DNA from: Thermoproteota archaeon
GTDB taxonomy: Archaea; Korarchaeota; Korarchaeia; Korarchaeales; JAOZGB01
Assembly (NCBI GenBank): GCA_037917685.1
Contig: JAVCBU010000003.1
Coordinates: forward strand, 192,001-256,000
Direction: 5' to 3'
Length of the DNA stretch: 64,000 bases
This document shows, piece by piece, positions 28,417 through 37,749 of the stretch. Positions within the stretch are counted from its first letter, which is position 1; each line of letters opens with the position of its first letter. Position numbers and translations under genes: made by a program. The notes below the pieces were generated by a model that worked only from the letters and a program-made list of their open reading frames with translations, was not told where the DNA came from and did no database searches.

Positions 28417-29670
28417 TTGAAGTTTGAATGGTATACCGAGTTTGTAGATACCGAGTACACTCCAAAACCGAGCGATCTCATCGTAAAGTTCAGGATTCAA
28501 CCCGCCCCGGGAATAACGATGGAGGAAGCCGCCGGAAGAGTGGCTTCCGAAAGCTCCGTTGGGACATGGACCACCCTCACAACGATGAAGCCTGAGATAA
28601 GGCGTCTTATGGCTAAAGCCTACAAAATATCAGGGAACATTGTTGAAATAGCTTATCCTGTGGAGCTATTTGAGCCAGGCAATATGCCCCAAATCCTAAG
28701 CTCAATAGCTGGTAACATATTCGGGATGAAAGCGGTGGAAAGGCTGAGGCTGCTGGACATCAAATGGCCCAAGGAGATAATAGAAAGCTTCAAAGGCCCA
28801 CAGTACGGGATAAAGGGCGTTAGAGAAATGTTGAAAGTCTATGATAGGCCCATCACAGCGTCAGTCCTTAAACCTAAGCTAGGCTTCACAGCTGAAAACC
28901 ATGCAAAAGCGGGATATGAGGCATGGATAGGGGGGATCGACATGCTCAAGGACGACGAAAACCTTTCAAGCCAGAGCTTCAACAGGTTCGAGGAGAGAGC
29001 TGAGAAATGCTTCAAGATGCGTGATAAGGCGGAAGCGGAGACAGGGGAGAAGAAGATTTACCTGATAAACATCACAGCAGAGACCAGGGAAATGTTGAGA
29101 AGAGCAAAACTCGTGAAAAACCTGGGCGGAGAGTTTGTGATGGTTGACATATTAACAACAGGCTGGGCAGCGGTGCAAACAGTTAGGGAGGAATGCGAAG
29201 AGTTAAAGCTTGCGATACATGCCCATAGAGCCTTCCATGCAGCATTCACCAGGGACAAGACCCATGGGATGAGCATGCTGGCTGTAGCGAAGGTGGCAAG
29301 GCTAATAGGAGTCGACCAGCTCCACATAGGAACAGTCGTCGGAAAGCTTGAGTCCCCACTAGAAGAGGTAAAGGCAATAAGACAGTCCCTAATAGAAGAG
29401 CTAGATCACATGAAGAAAACGTTCCCAGTAAGCTCTGGAGGGCTGCACCCAGGCCTGCTCCCGGAAGTAATGAGAATATTCGGGACAGACTTCGTTGTAC
29501 AGGTAGGAGGGGGAGTATGGGGCCACCCTTGGGGTGGGAAGGCGGGAGCGATGGCGGTGAGACAGGCGATAGAGGCGACACTTAAAGGAATAAGCCTAGA
29601 CGAATATGCAAGGGAAAAACCGGAACTAAGAGAAGCTCTGAAAAAGTGGGGATATGCGAAGCCAAAATAA
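28417..29670 (+). CDS. rbcL: form III ribulose-1,5-bisphosphate carboxylase
   Basis: ASESSVGTWT, IAGNIFGMK, KPKLG, LKDDE, HAHRAFH, SSGGLHPG, GGGVWGHP. Confidence 0.96.
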   Translation: MKFEWYTEFVDTEYTPKPSDLIVKFRIQPAPGITMEEAAGRVASESSVGTWTTLTTMKPEIRRLMAKAYKISGNIVEIAYPVELFEPGNMPQILSSIAGNIFGMKAVERLRLLDIKWPKEIIESFKGPQYGIKGVREMLKVYDRPITASVLKPKLGFTAENHAKAGYEAWIGGIDMLKDDENLSSQSFNRFEERAEKCFKMRDKAEAETGEKKIYLINITAETREMLRRAKLVKNLGGEFVMVDILTTGWAAVQTVREECEELKLAIHAHRAFHAAFTRDKTHGMSMLAVAKVARLIGVDQLHIGTVVGKLESPLEEVKAIRQSLIEELDHMKKTFPVSSGGLHPGLLPEVMRIFGTDFVVQVGGGVWGHPWGGKAGAMAVRQAIEATLKGISLDEYAREKPELREALKKWGYAKPK

Positions 29671-29847
29671 CCTAAATATCCATAGGAGTGAATGCCCTGT
29701 GTGGTTAGTCGCGCGCAAAGCCAGGCTTAAGCCGAAGGCAAATCCGTAGAACAGCCAATCGTACCCGTAGCACGCTTTATCTGTGACTCAAGGTCTAGAA
29801 GCTACGATCTGACCGGGTACGCGTGGAGGCTGAGTTGATGTTCTGGC

Positions 29848-30244
29848 TTACCATTTCCGCTTTATGTTTGGTATTCTGTCGAATGCTTTATCGGTTGATA
29901 CTACTATGCCGTCGTGCTGGAGGGCTTCAGAGGCTACTCCTGCATCGAAGTAGTCGAGTTTGTGCTCCATTTCAAGCTTCGCAGACAGATATAGTGTTAG
30001 CGGTGTTATTCTACCCATCCTGTCCTTGACTTGTGGATAGTCTGCCAGGAGTAGGGCTAGCTTTTCCATCCTCTCCTCAGGGGGGAACCCTCGGCTTTTC
30101 AGGACAATGTCAAACTCCACTAGGGCTAGGCATGAAAGAACGTAGTCCTCCTCCCGTAGCTTTTCCATGAATACATGCCTTTTCATGTTTCGGACCCGTG
30201 GAGTCGGCGGCTGCGAAAAGGACGACAGTATCTAGTACTGGCAT
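29848..30244 (-). pseudogene. vapC: VapC PIN toxin, frameshifted
   Basis: ATG at 30244 (TAATG overlap with the antitoxin stop) gives MPVLDTVVLFAAAD; the LDYFDA..STDKAFD half lies in another frame (shift near 30175). Confidence 0.75.
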
Positions 30245-30465
30245 TATCCTCCACCTAGCAGGTATCTTGTAGCCTCATGCTCCTCCTCTCTGAAGCTGAA
30301 CCCGTCCAGGCATCCCTTAAAGCTTTTCCCCTTAACTGGGACTAGGACTATGCCCCCTCTGAAGGGTATGACTATAAGCTTGTCACCCTTGCCTATACCA
30401 GCTTTACTCCTAACCTCCTTCCCAAGGGTCACCCTGTACTTATTATCGACCACGACAATGCTCAT
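30244..30465 (-). CDS. AbrB/MazE/SpoVT-type antitoxin (VapB)
   Basis: VVDNKYRVTLGKEVR..AGI.KGDKL. Confidence 0.85.
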   Translation of the reverse strand: MSIVVVDNKYRVTLGKEVRSKAGIGKGDKLIVIPFRGGIVLVPVKGKSFKGCLDGFSFREEEHEATRYLLGGG

Positions 30466-30579
30466 TTCCCCACTAGTCAACAATATAAACCACAAATATT
30501 TAATGATTCTGAGCTGGAGAGGCCTGCCTTAAACTTTACATTGCTGGATGCGGAAGGTTTAGCATGTTTCAACAGTTCT

Positions 30580-31416
30580 CTACAGTACCTCTACTATTCT
30601 GGTGTAGTCTTTCCTCGGGATTAACCTCGAGGCCTTCGTATAGTTTTGGAGTGCAGCAGACGCCATTGGGAGCATCTGCCTGTTCCTAACCCCTGTTTCA
30701 ACTATGTACCTCAGGTCTTTAGCTGCAAGTTCAATATAGAACTTCGCCCTTGTCTCGCTTGGGAGCATCCTGTTCCAGTAGTACTCCAACGCCTTACCGG
30801 TTGAATGTTCACGCATCACTTCCAATATTCTCTCAGGTTTTATACCTAGAGATCTTGTTAGGGCGAGGGCCTCAGCGAGACTAGAAACCGTAGTTATAAG
30901 TATATGGTTAACAATCATCTTAACCCTACTCCCGTAGCCGGGAGGCCCTATGTAGAAAGGCTCCCCCATAGCCCTCAACACGTCTAGAACCCTTTCATAG
31001 ACCTCCCTACTGCCTCCAACCAGAATCTTAAGCTTGCCTCTCTCCGCAGCGTCAACATTTCCGAGCACCGGAGCGTCTAGGAAATGGAACCTTCTACTCT
31101 CAGCCTCTAAGGCCATCTTCTCTGAGAAGGCGGGGTAAACAGTGCTCATGTCTACAAATATGGTGCCAGGCCTAGCTTTCCGAAAAGCCTTCCGCAGAAT
31201 CTTTTCAACCACGTCAGCATCCCTAAGCATAGTAATATAGACATCTACATCAGAGGCTAAATCGCCAGGCCCGCCTGCGATGTCTGCCCCCAGCTCCCTA
31301 AAGGGCAAGGCCTTCTCAACAGTCCTATTATAAACCTTAAGCTGAAATCCAGCCTCTAAGAGACGCCTAGCCATCGGTGCACCCATCATGCCCAAACCGG
31401 CAAATCCAACCCTCAA
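30580..31416 (-). CDS. NAD(P)-dependent beta-hydroxyacid dehydrogenase family
   Basis: GFAGLGMMGAPMA, DMST, LDAPVLG. Confidence 0.92.
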   Translation of the reverse strand: MRVGFAGLGMMGAPMARRLLEAGFQLKVYNRTVEKALPFRELGADIAGGPGDLASDVDVYITMLRDADVVEKILRKAFRKARPGTIFVDMSTVYPAFSEKMALEAESRRFHFLDAPVLGNVDAAERGKLKILVGGSREVYERVLDVLRAMGEPFYIGPPGYGSRVKMIVNHILITTVSSLAEALALTRSLGIKPERILEVMREHSTGKALEYYWNRMLPSETRAKFYIELAAKDLRYIVETGVRNRQMLPMASAALQNYTKASRLIPRKDYTRIVEVL

Positions 31417-31559
31417 CTCTCACCACCTACATATCCAATACGGCTTCCTTTAATAAACAAAGCCGGAAACATCCAGCTTGTTCGGTGTTGGGGTGTGGGG
31501 ATTTCCATGTCACATGGTAACTTTTAACTTTCATGCATAGGTTACTGGTAGTGGTTGTC

Positions 31560-31964
31560 TTGCCCTTGAGAATATCAGTTGTAGACTCCGACCTTTGTGT
31601 TGGCTGTTTCAGCTGTGTCCTGGCATGTACGAGAAGGCTCGGCCTTGTCGGATATGGTAAGTCCGCCATAAGGGTTAGAAGTCTTGGAGCAATAGAGCGT
31701 GGCCACATAGTGGTTGTCTGTAGAGCCTGTCTCGACCCTCCCTGCGCTGCCTCCTGCCCCGAGGATGCTCTGAAGCCCAGGGAGGGTGGTGGGGTGACGT
31801 TTAATCCCGACATGTGTATTGGCTGCGGCTACTGTGTGGAAGCCTGCCCCTTTGGAGCTGTAAACTGGGATAGCGAGGTGAATAAGCCTATCTTCTGCAT
31901 CTACTGCGGCTACTGTGCCAAGTACTGTCCGTACGGCGTGATAAAGCTTGAAGAGGTGGGATAA
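31560..31964 (+). CDS. 4Fe-4S polyferredoxin, small subunit of AOR-family enzyme
   Basis: CVGCFSC..C, CRAC..PC..CP, CIGCGYC..CP, CIYCGYC..CP; TTG start estimated. Confidence 0.88.
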   Translation: MPLRISVVDSDLCVGCFSCVLACTRRLGLVGYGKSAIRVRSLGAIERGHIVVVCRACLDPPCAASCPEDALKPREGGGVTFNPDMCIGCGYCVEACPFGAVNWDSEVNKPIFCIYCGYCAKYCPYGVIKLEEVG

Positions 31965-33703
31965 TGGAAGCTCTAAATAGAGTTCTGTATATTGATCTTT
32001 CACGCAAGAAGTATTGGGTTGAAGACCGGAGCGACCTCTTCGAAAAATGGCTTGGAGGAGTAGGTGTAGGGGTGAAACTTCTCCAGGAGGAGACAAATGG
32101 AAACACCGATCCTCTCGGACCTGAGAACACTATTGTGTTCTGTGTTGGCCCGTTTAACGCGGCCTATCCGATGGGCTCGAAAGTTGCAGCCTTATTTAAG
32201 AGCCCGCTCACAGGGAACTTGGGGGAAAGCTACGCGGGGGGTAGAGCTGGGACGGCTCTGAGGCTGGCAGGCTACGGGGCCCTGGTGATAAAGGGTAGAA
32301 GCAACTACCCCATGTATATCGCCGTACACGGTGGGAAAGTCTACTTTAGGGATGCGCGTGGGCTATGGGGCATGAGCAGCAGCATAACGGTTGGAAGGGT
32401 TATAGCTGAAAGGGAGCCCATGGCTGGGCAGAGGACAATAATGAGGATAGGGCTGGCGGGAGAGAAGCTTATACCTTATGCATGCGTTGTAACGGAGACC
32501 TGCAGGCACTTCGGCAGGCTGGGCCTCGGGGCTGTTTTCGGCTCGAAAAAATTGAAAGCGGTGGTAATCTCTGGGAACCTTGCCATCCCAGTCATGGATA
32601 AACAAGCGTACCGTGAGATGTACGACCGGATTTTCAGCCTCGCCGTGACTAGCGGCCTCATGAGAAAGTATCACGAGCTAGGGACACCGATGAACGTGAA
32701 CCCGTTGAACGAGCTCGGAGGCCTACCGACCATGAACCTTAATACGGGGCGATTTGAACACGCTGAGGAGATGTCAGGTGAAGCGCTAGCCTCAAAATAC
32801 CTGGGTAGGAGGCTTGCATGCAGCAACTGTCCTGTTGCCTGCATCCACCTGGCAGCCCTCCGGGAGGAATACCCGCACGAGCCCTACTTCTACAAGACAA
32901 GCTTCATAAACTATGACTACGAGCCAATATATGCCCTCGGAACCATGCTTGGAGTAAAGACTGGGAGAAGAGTGCTCCAACTAATAAAAGTAGTTGAGGA
33001 CTACGGTCTCGACGCTATGAGCCTCGGGGTAACCCTTGCATGGGCGACGGAAGCCCAGGAGAAAGGCATAATAGACCTGGGAGAAATCAAACTCAGCTGG
33101 GGAGATGTAGAATCCTATACGAAAGCCATACGGCTGATTGTAGAAGGCTCAGGGGTCTTCTCAGACCTTGCAAAGGGAGTTAAACACTGCGCTGTAAAAT
33201 ATGGAGGCGAAGAGTTCGCCCTCCATTACGGCGGGCTGGAAATGCCTGGCTACCATACCGGGCCGCTGGCACATCTAGGATTCCTAACGGGTGCCAGACA
33301 CAGCCACCTTGACTCGGCAGGATACTCTCTAGATCAGAAGCTAAGGCAGCTCCCCAGTCCAGAGGAGTCTGTTGAAAAGCTTACAGAGGAGGAGGCTAGG
33401 AGAACCGTGCTCAACAGTCTTGTTGTATGCCTCTTCTCCAGGGGGATATACACCTTCCAGCATATATCGGAAGCTTTGAAACCCTTTGGCATAAACTACA
33501 CTGTTGAAGACCTTGAAAAACTTGGAACAGCGATCTACAGGGAGAGATGGAGGATTAAGCTCGAGTTTGGCTTCAAAGTCGAAGACTTGAAGGTGCCAGA
33601 GAGGGTGTATGAGACACCAGCAGGCCAGTGGGGAAACATAGACAGGGAATACATGGAAACAGCAATCAGCAAGTTCAAGGAGAAAATTGAGAGCCTCACA
33701 TGA
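31964..33703 (+). CDS. tungsten aldehyde:ferredoxin oxidoreductase family, large subunit (WOR5/GOR-like)
   Basis: KSPLTG..GES..GG, RHFGRLGLGAVFGSKKLKA, CSNCPVAC, YEP, GLDAMS. Confidence 0.92.
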   Translation: MEALNRVLYIDLSRKKYWVEDRSDLFEKWLGGVGVGVKLLQEETNGNTDPLGPENTIVFCVGPFNAAYPMGSKVAALFKSPLTGNLGESYAGGRAGTALRLAGYGALVIKGRSNYPMYIAVHGGKVYFRDARGLWGMSSSITVGRVIAEREPMAGQRTIMRIGLAGEKLIPYACVVTETCRHFGRLGLGAVFGSKKLKAVVISGNLAIPVMDKQAYREMYDRIFSLAVTSGLMRKYHELGTPMNVNPLNELGGLPTMNLNTGRFEHAEEMSGEALASKYLGRRLACSNCPVACIHLAALREEYPHEPYFYKTSFINYDYEPIYALGTMLGVKTGRRVLQLIKVVEDYGLDAMSLGVTLAWATEAQEKGIIDLGEIKLSWGDVESYTKAIRLIVEGSGVFSDLAKGVKHCAVKYGGEEFALHYGGLEMPGYHTGPLAHLGFLTGARHSHLDSAGYSLDQKLRQLPSPEESVEKLTEEEARRTVLNSLVVCLFSRGIYTFQHISEALKPFGINYTVEDLEKLGTAIYRERWRIKLEFGFKVEDLKVPERVYETPAGQWGNIDREYMETAISKFKEKIESLT

Positions 33704-34469
33704 CCTCACATGTTACGGGTAAAGCTGCAAGTAGAGCTGCACCCTTTGCAACGGCATGTTTAAGCCTGGTCTTCAGAATCCTAGGCTTGAAACCTGGCAG
33801 TAGATGCTCGTAGACCAGGCTTCTAAGCATTCGAATATCTAGTGCTAACCCTATACCCCCGCCGAGCACCAATACTTCAGGGTCTAAGATGTGGACAAGG
33901 CTGGCTAGAGCCTTTGCTAACACCAACATTCTCTTAGGTTTGTTTACAGCACTCTTGTCTCCCTTAAAAGACCAGCCAGAATAGTAGGCTTCAAGATGGT
34001 CTGGTAGTCCGCATATGCATCTATGCCCATCCATCCCTACATACGTGTGGCCAAGCTCTCCAGCATTGCCGGCTCCGAGGTAGGGTCTTCCATTAATTAT
34101 TAGTCCAAGCCCTATTCCTGTTCCTATGGTTACTCCGGCAAGGCTAGAAGTATATGGGTGTTCAAGCTGGTGGGAGGCATGGGCGAACGCTTCAGAATCC
34201 TTGAAATACGAAACATTCTCCGCCGGGGGCAGCCTGACCGTGGCTTTAAGGGACGCCATATAAACCCTATCAGCGTTTATTCTTACACCCGCCAGGGCTA
34301 CTCCAAAAGCGTCACACTTACACCTTCCAGCAAGCTTCGAAATGAACTTGTCAAGGCTACTTAAAATGTTCAGGCTGGTTTTACCTTGATATATAAGCCT
34401 AAACCTCCCGCCCTGTAATTCTACTGCTACTATATTAGTGGCTCCAACATCCACTCCGATTGTGTCCAC
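33696..34469 (-). CDS. ROK family sugar kinase
   Basis: GVDVGAT, TIGTGIGLG, AGELGH, CICG...LEAY.SG. Confidence 0.88.
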   Translation of the reverse strand: MDTIGVDVGATNIVAVELQGGRFRLIYQGKTSLNILSSLDKFISKLAGRCKCDAFGVALAGVRINADRVYMASLKATVRLPPAENVSYFKDSEAFAHASHQLEHPYTSSLAGVTIGTGIGLGLIINGRPYLGAGNAGELGHTYVGMDGHRCICGLPDHLEAYYSGWSFKGDKSAVNKPKRMLVLAKALASLVHILDPEVLVLGGGIGLALDIRMLRSLVYEHLLPGFKPRILKTRLKHAVAKGAALLAALPVTCEVM

Positions 34470-34517
34470 GGCAATACATGGGTTACGATTATATTTATCT
34501 GTGCATGTTGTACTGTA

Positions 34518-35461
34518 TGGATTCCAGAGATCTCATATTGAACTTCGCGAAAGATCACGGTGTCAACATTGTAAGTGATGGTGACCTGGACGGGATATTC
34601 GCAGCAGGCCTACTTCTCCGGGGCCTGAACCTCTGTGGCGTCGAGGCCGGCTTAGACTCTGTAAGTTTCCCTCATCCTCGAAATCTCATTGGGATGAGGG
34701 TTGAAGGATCTTTTCTAATAGAGCTTCCCCCATCGAAGGGGCTAGAATATTCCGGGTGGAACCTGCTTGTCGACCACCATGGTGGGGTGAGTGGCCTGCT
34801 TCTCTACAGGGATGGGAAGGTTGAAAACCACCTTATGATGGACGGAGCGAGCGTGGCTGAAATAGTTGTGAAGGCTCTTAGACTTGAACTGTCCTCTGAA
34901 GCGCTGCTTCTCGTCGACGCTGTTGGTAAGATAGACCAGGCAATCTACGACTCAAAGTTGATTGAGGACCTTCACAAGGCGTACCGGCTTGAAATTTCAA
35001 ACCCGGACATGAGGGTTAGAGTTGCTGGCTGGGTTTACAAGGGAGAATGGCGGAGGATAATAGAGTGGGCTACAGAGACAGGCGGGAAGTGGAGCCTAGT
35101 TGAAGAGAGGGAGAAACACCTCTACAATAATAGGGTAAGCCTGTGCAGTGGCATAGTATATTTCACATATGATGGTTATGACCCTCTTGACCAGGCAGCT
35201 ATGAGGGGCGCCATGTTCAAGCTCGAAGAAGAGTATAAGGTTGTTATAGCAGTAAGGATTGAGGACGGCAAGCCTGTCTCAGCCAGTATTGGAACAAAAC
35301 AAGATATTGACCTTCAACCCTTGTTCTCGAAGCTTGCAGCTTGCGGGCTAAGCGCCGGTGGTAGGGGGAACATAGGAGGAGTTCAGGTATCAGGCTTAAG
35401 CCTGGGAAACTTCCTAGAGCTGGTTAGGAAGGCGCTCTTAGAGATCGGGCTCTGTGAATAG
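34518..35461 (+). CDS. DHH-superfamily phosphoesterase-like protein
   Basis: DGDLDG, VDHH, C-terminal AGGRGNIGG; start at MDSRDL assumed. Confidence 0.75.
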
Positions 35462-36256
35462 CTGTATCACGCCCATACCCATCGTCTTGTGCGTTCCAAT
35501 ATTAGTATACGTTGCAGCCTTCACTATTCCCGCCAGCAGTCTTGAATACTTCTCATGGTCCCTCTCGCTGAAACCTCTCTGCCTATCCACTATGTAGGCT
35601 ACGTTGCCTATGAACCCCGGCAGCTTGAACTCGCCCTCCAGCCTTCGTGTTTCAAGCTTGTATCTCTTAGCTGTGACACATCTAGAAACCCACTCCTGAA
35701 GTCCCTCATACTCATGGGAGAGGAGGCTGGGATCCACGGTTTTGAATATTGAGAGCATGGAGTTCAAAATCCTCAGAGGAGTAGGAAACAAGTCATACAA
35801 GTTCGATGCCGCCATTTTGAAGCATGTAGGTGTTACAAACCTTAGGGTGAAGCTTTTAATAGGCTTGCTTCCCCCTATGATCTGCCTGAAACTTGAGGCT
35901 TCGAACTCAGCATTGGCAACATTAAAATCTAGGCCGCCTACACTTATAGATCTCCCCAGGGACTCTATCATCCTAACACCGAAACCCTCAAAGCCCTTAC
36001 TATATACGCAGACCGTAAAATGGTAGAGACTGTTCTTCCTAATATGTCTGGGCATTCTTAGAAGCCCTCTTTCATCCCTGTAGAGTATTGGCGTCACAGA
36101 GTATGTTTTACGCTTTTCATAGTCGTGGAGAAACGATGCAAGCTCGGGGTAGGCTTCTCCAAGCATCTTGAAGAATACCCCTTGGATATCGTGTCCTGTG
36201 AATTCTATGTTCCCCTCGGACATGGCTGTAAGGTTAAACCTAAGCTGCTGTATCAC
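35438..36256 (-). CDS. cas6: CRISPR-associated endoribonuclease Cas6 (orphan)
   Basis: GHDIQGVFF, LHD, YSVTPI, LRFVTPTCFK, FPTP, GFIG, C-terminal G-loop IGTHKTMGMG. Confidence 0.88.
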   Translation of the reverse strand: MIQQLRFNLTAMSEGNIEFTGHDIQGVFFKMLGEAYPELASFLHDYEKRKTYSVTPILYRDERGLLRMPRHIRKNSLYHFTVCVYSKGFEGFGVRMIESLGRSISVGGLDFNVANAEFEASSFRQIIGGSKPIKSFTLRFVTPTCFKMAASNLYDLFPTPLRILNSMLSIFKTVDPSLLSHEYEGLQEWVSRCVTAKRYKLETRRLEGEFKLPGFIGNVAYIVDRQRGFSERDHEKYSRLLAGIVKAATYTNIGTHKTMGMGVIQLFTEPDL

Positions 36257-36307
36257 ATGTGTGAAGGGGTAAGACTAATATATAACACTATGCCACAGCT
36301 TCACGCT

Positions 36308-37600
36308 CTAGCCTACCGTAACGTTGTACGACTCCCCGTTAATTATAACCTCGTAGTCTCCCGGCTTGAGGTTTAATACCTCTATGGTTGTCATGGCACA
36401 GCCTATGCACTGGATACACTCAACATTAAGACTATAAAGCTCGATTTCCACCACCAGCCTTTTATCCTCCAGTGTAAGGCTTATCCTTGGGGTATAGCAT
36501 GGATCTGGGGTTTCGACAGTGTGCGAGATATATAGTGAGCCGTTGCTACCCTCCACCTTCACGCCTGGAGGCTTAAACATGCAGCTACAGCTGTACTGGT
36601 AGCTCCAGATCATGCCGCCTTCAAGAGCTGAGTCGATGAGTACTGGTAGGAAACCTGTTGAAATGGCATCCTCAACCGCGGACCGGGTTGCATACCTGTC
36701 ATGACCCGCGATCACAAGGATAACCTGTCCTCTAAACATGCCTGGAGGGTTGTAGTAAACCTTGTAATTGCTGTCTGTCTCCAATGCTCCAGATATGCTG
36801 GGTGGAAGCAGGAACCTTGAGAGAACGCCTATGTCCTGGTAGGCTAGAGGTCCGCCGAGGACTATTAGTACCTTGCTATCAATCCCCTCCGTAAAGTTTT
36901 CCATGGTGTACAACCTATAGGTAAGACCACGTTCTCTTAGAATTTCTTCTATAACAGGCAGGCTTAACCCCCTGTCTATACTGTTCGCCACCACACCAAT
37001 TTCATCCTTGGCGTCGAAGCCGTTGACCATTATGTTTGCATGGCTTGGGCCGCACCTAAAGCCCATTTGTTCAAGGTCTACCCCCTGCTCTAGCTTCGCC
37101 CACTTAATTACAGCGTCGGCAGGCATAAAGTTCCCCTCTGTAACCATGTAGCTCGACGGGTCAGGCGGCAAGTGGATGATTCCCGCTTTCAACAAGAGAC
37201 CTAGTGCGCATTCCAGCGGCTTTTCGGAGCCTTCAAGCGTCGTATTAGTTTTCAAAGCTGAATAGTTAATACCAGGGTATATCCTCGCTGTTGCCTCTAT
37301 GGGTAATGGTGTCATGGGCCCGGCTGGAAGCCATATCCCAAGCCGGAAAACAACTGTTTTGAATTCCACCTCTCCACCGTCAACGGTTCTATGCACAATT
37401 GTACTCTCCCAGGCGTCAACACCTACAGCCCTAAGCCTATTGACTGCATCTTCAACTGAGATATGCTCCCTTAGAACAACACCTATATGAGACCCGGTAG
37501 GCGGACAAGATATAACAAAAGTACAGGCAGAAAATAGGATAGCTGTGACGAGGATCACAACACCTTTAGAAATCTTCATCAAATATAATCTCTCATGCAT
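36308..37600 (-). CDS. secreted protein with S-layer-like domain and Cys-containing C-terminal domain
   Basis: Signal peptide; LIVLGGPLA...VIAGHDRYATRSA; TPDPCY...CIQCIG. Confidence 0.65.
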   Translation of the reverse strand: MHERLYLMKISKGVVILVTAILFSACTFVISCPPTGSHIGVVLREHISVEDAVNRLRAVGVDAWESTIVHRTVDGGEVEFKTVVFRLGIWLPAGPMTPLPIEATARIYPGINYSALKTNTTLEGSEKPLECALGLLLKAGIIHLPPDPSSYMVTEGNFMPADAVIKWAKLEQGVDLEQMGFRCGPSHANIMVNGFDAKDEIGVVANSIDRGLSLPVIEEILRERGLTYRLYTMENFTEGIDSKVLIVLGGPLAYQDIGVLSRFLLPPSISGALETDSNYKVYYNPPGMFRGQVILVIAGHDRYATRSAVEDAISTGFLPVLIDSALEGGMIWSYQYSCSCMFKPPGVKVEGSNGSLYISHTVETPDPCYTPRISLTLEDKRLVVEIELYSLNVECIQCIGCAMTTIEVLNLKPGDYEVIINGESYNVTVG

Positions 37601-37749
37601 GGAATTTAAGCATTTCTAGAAAGCTTCAATGATTGTTGAAGCTTTTATGTATGGGCTCAACATTCCCAGCAGGGGGAGGGAAAATCGCCGTTACAGATCT
37701 ATTTCGCCATGTTAGAATCTCACATAGCAAAAAAGGAGAAGGGGAGGGT

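Noticed and set aside
29684-29847. CGCAAAGCC...ACAGCC segment reminiscent of a c-di-GMP-I riboswitch or an IS end
   Set aside because: P1 tetraloop and pairing are absent and it lies between convergent genes. The minus strand reads like a protein relic (GYDWLFYGFAFGLSLA)
34460-37700. CRISPR array near cas6
   Set aside because: The flanks are fully coding and no regularly spaced repeats were seen here or elsewhere in the window
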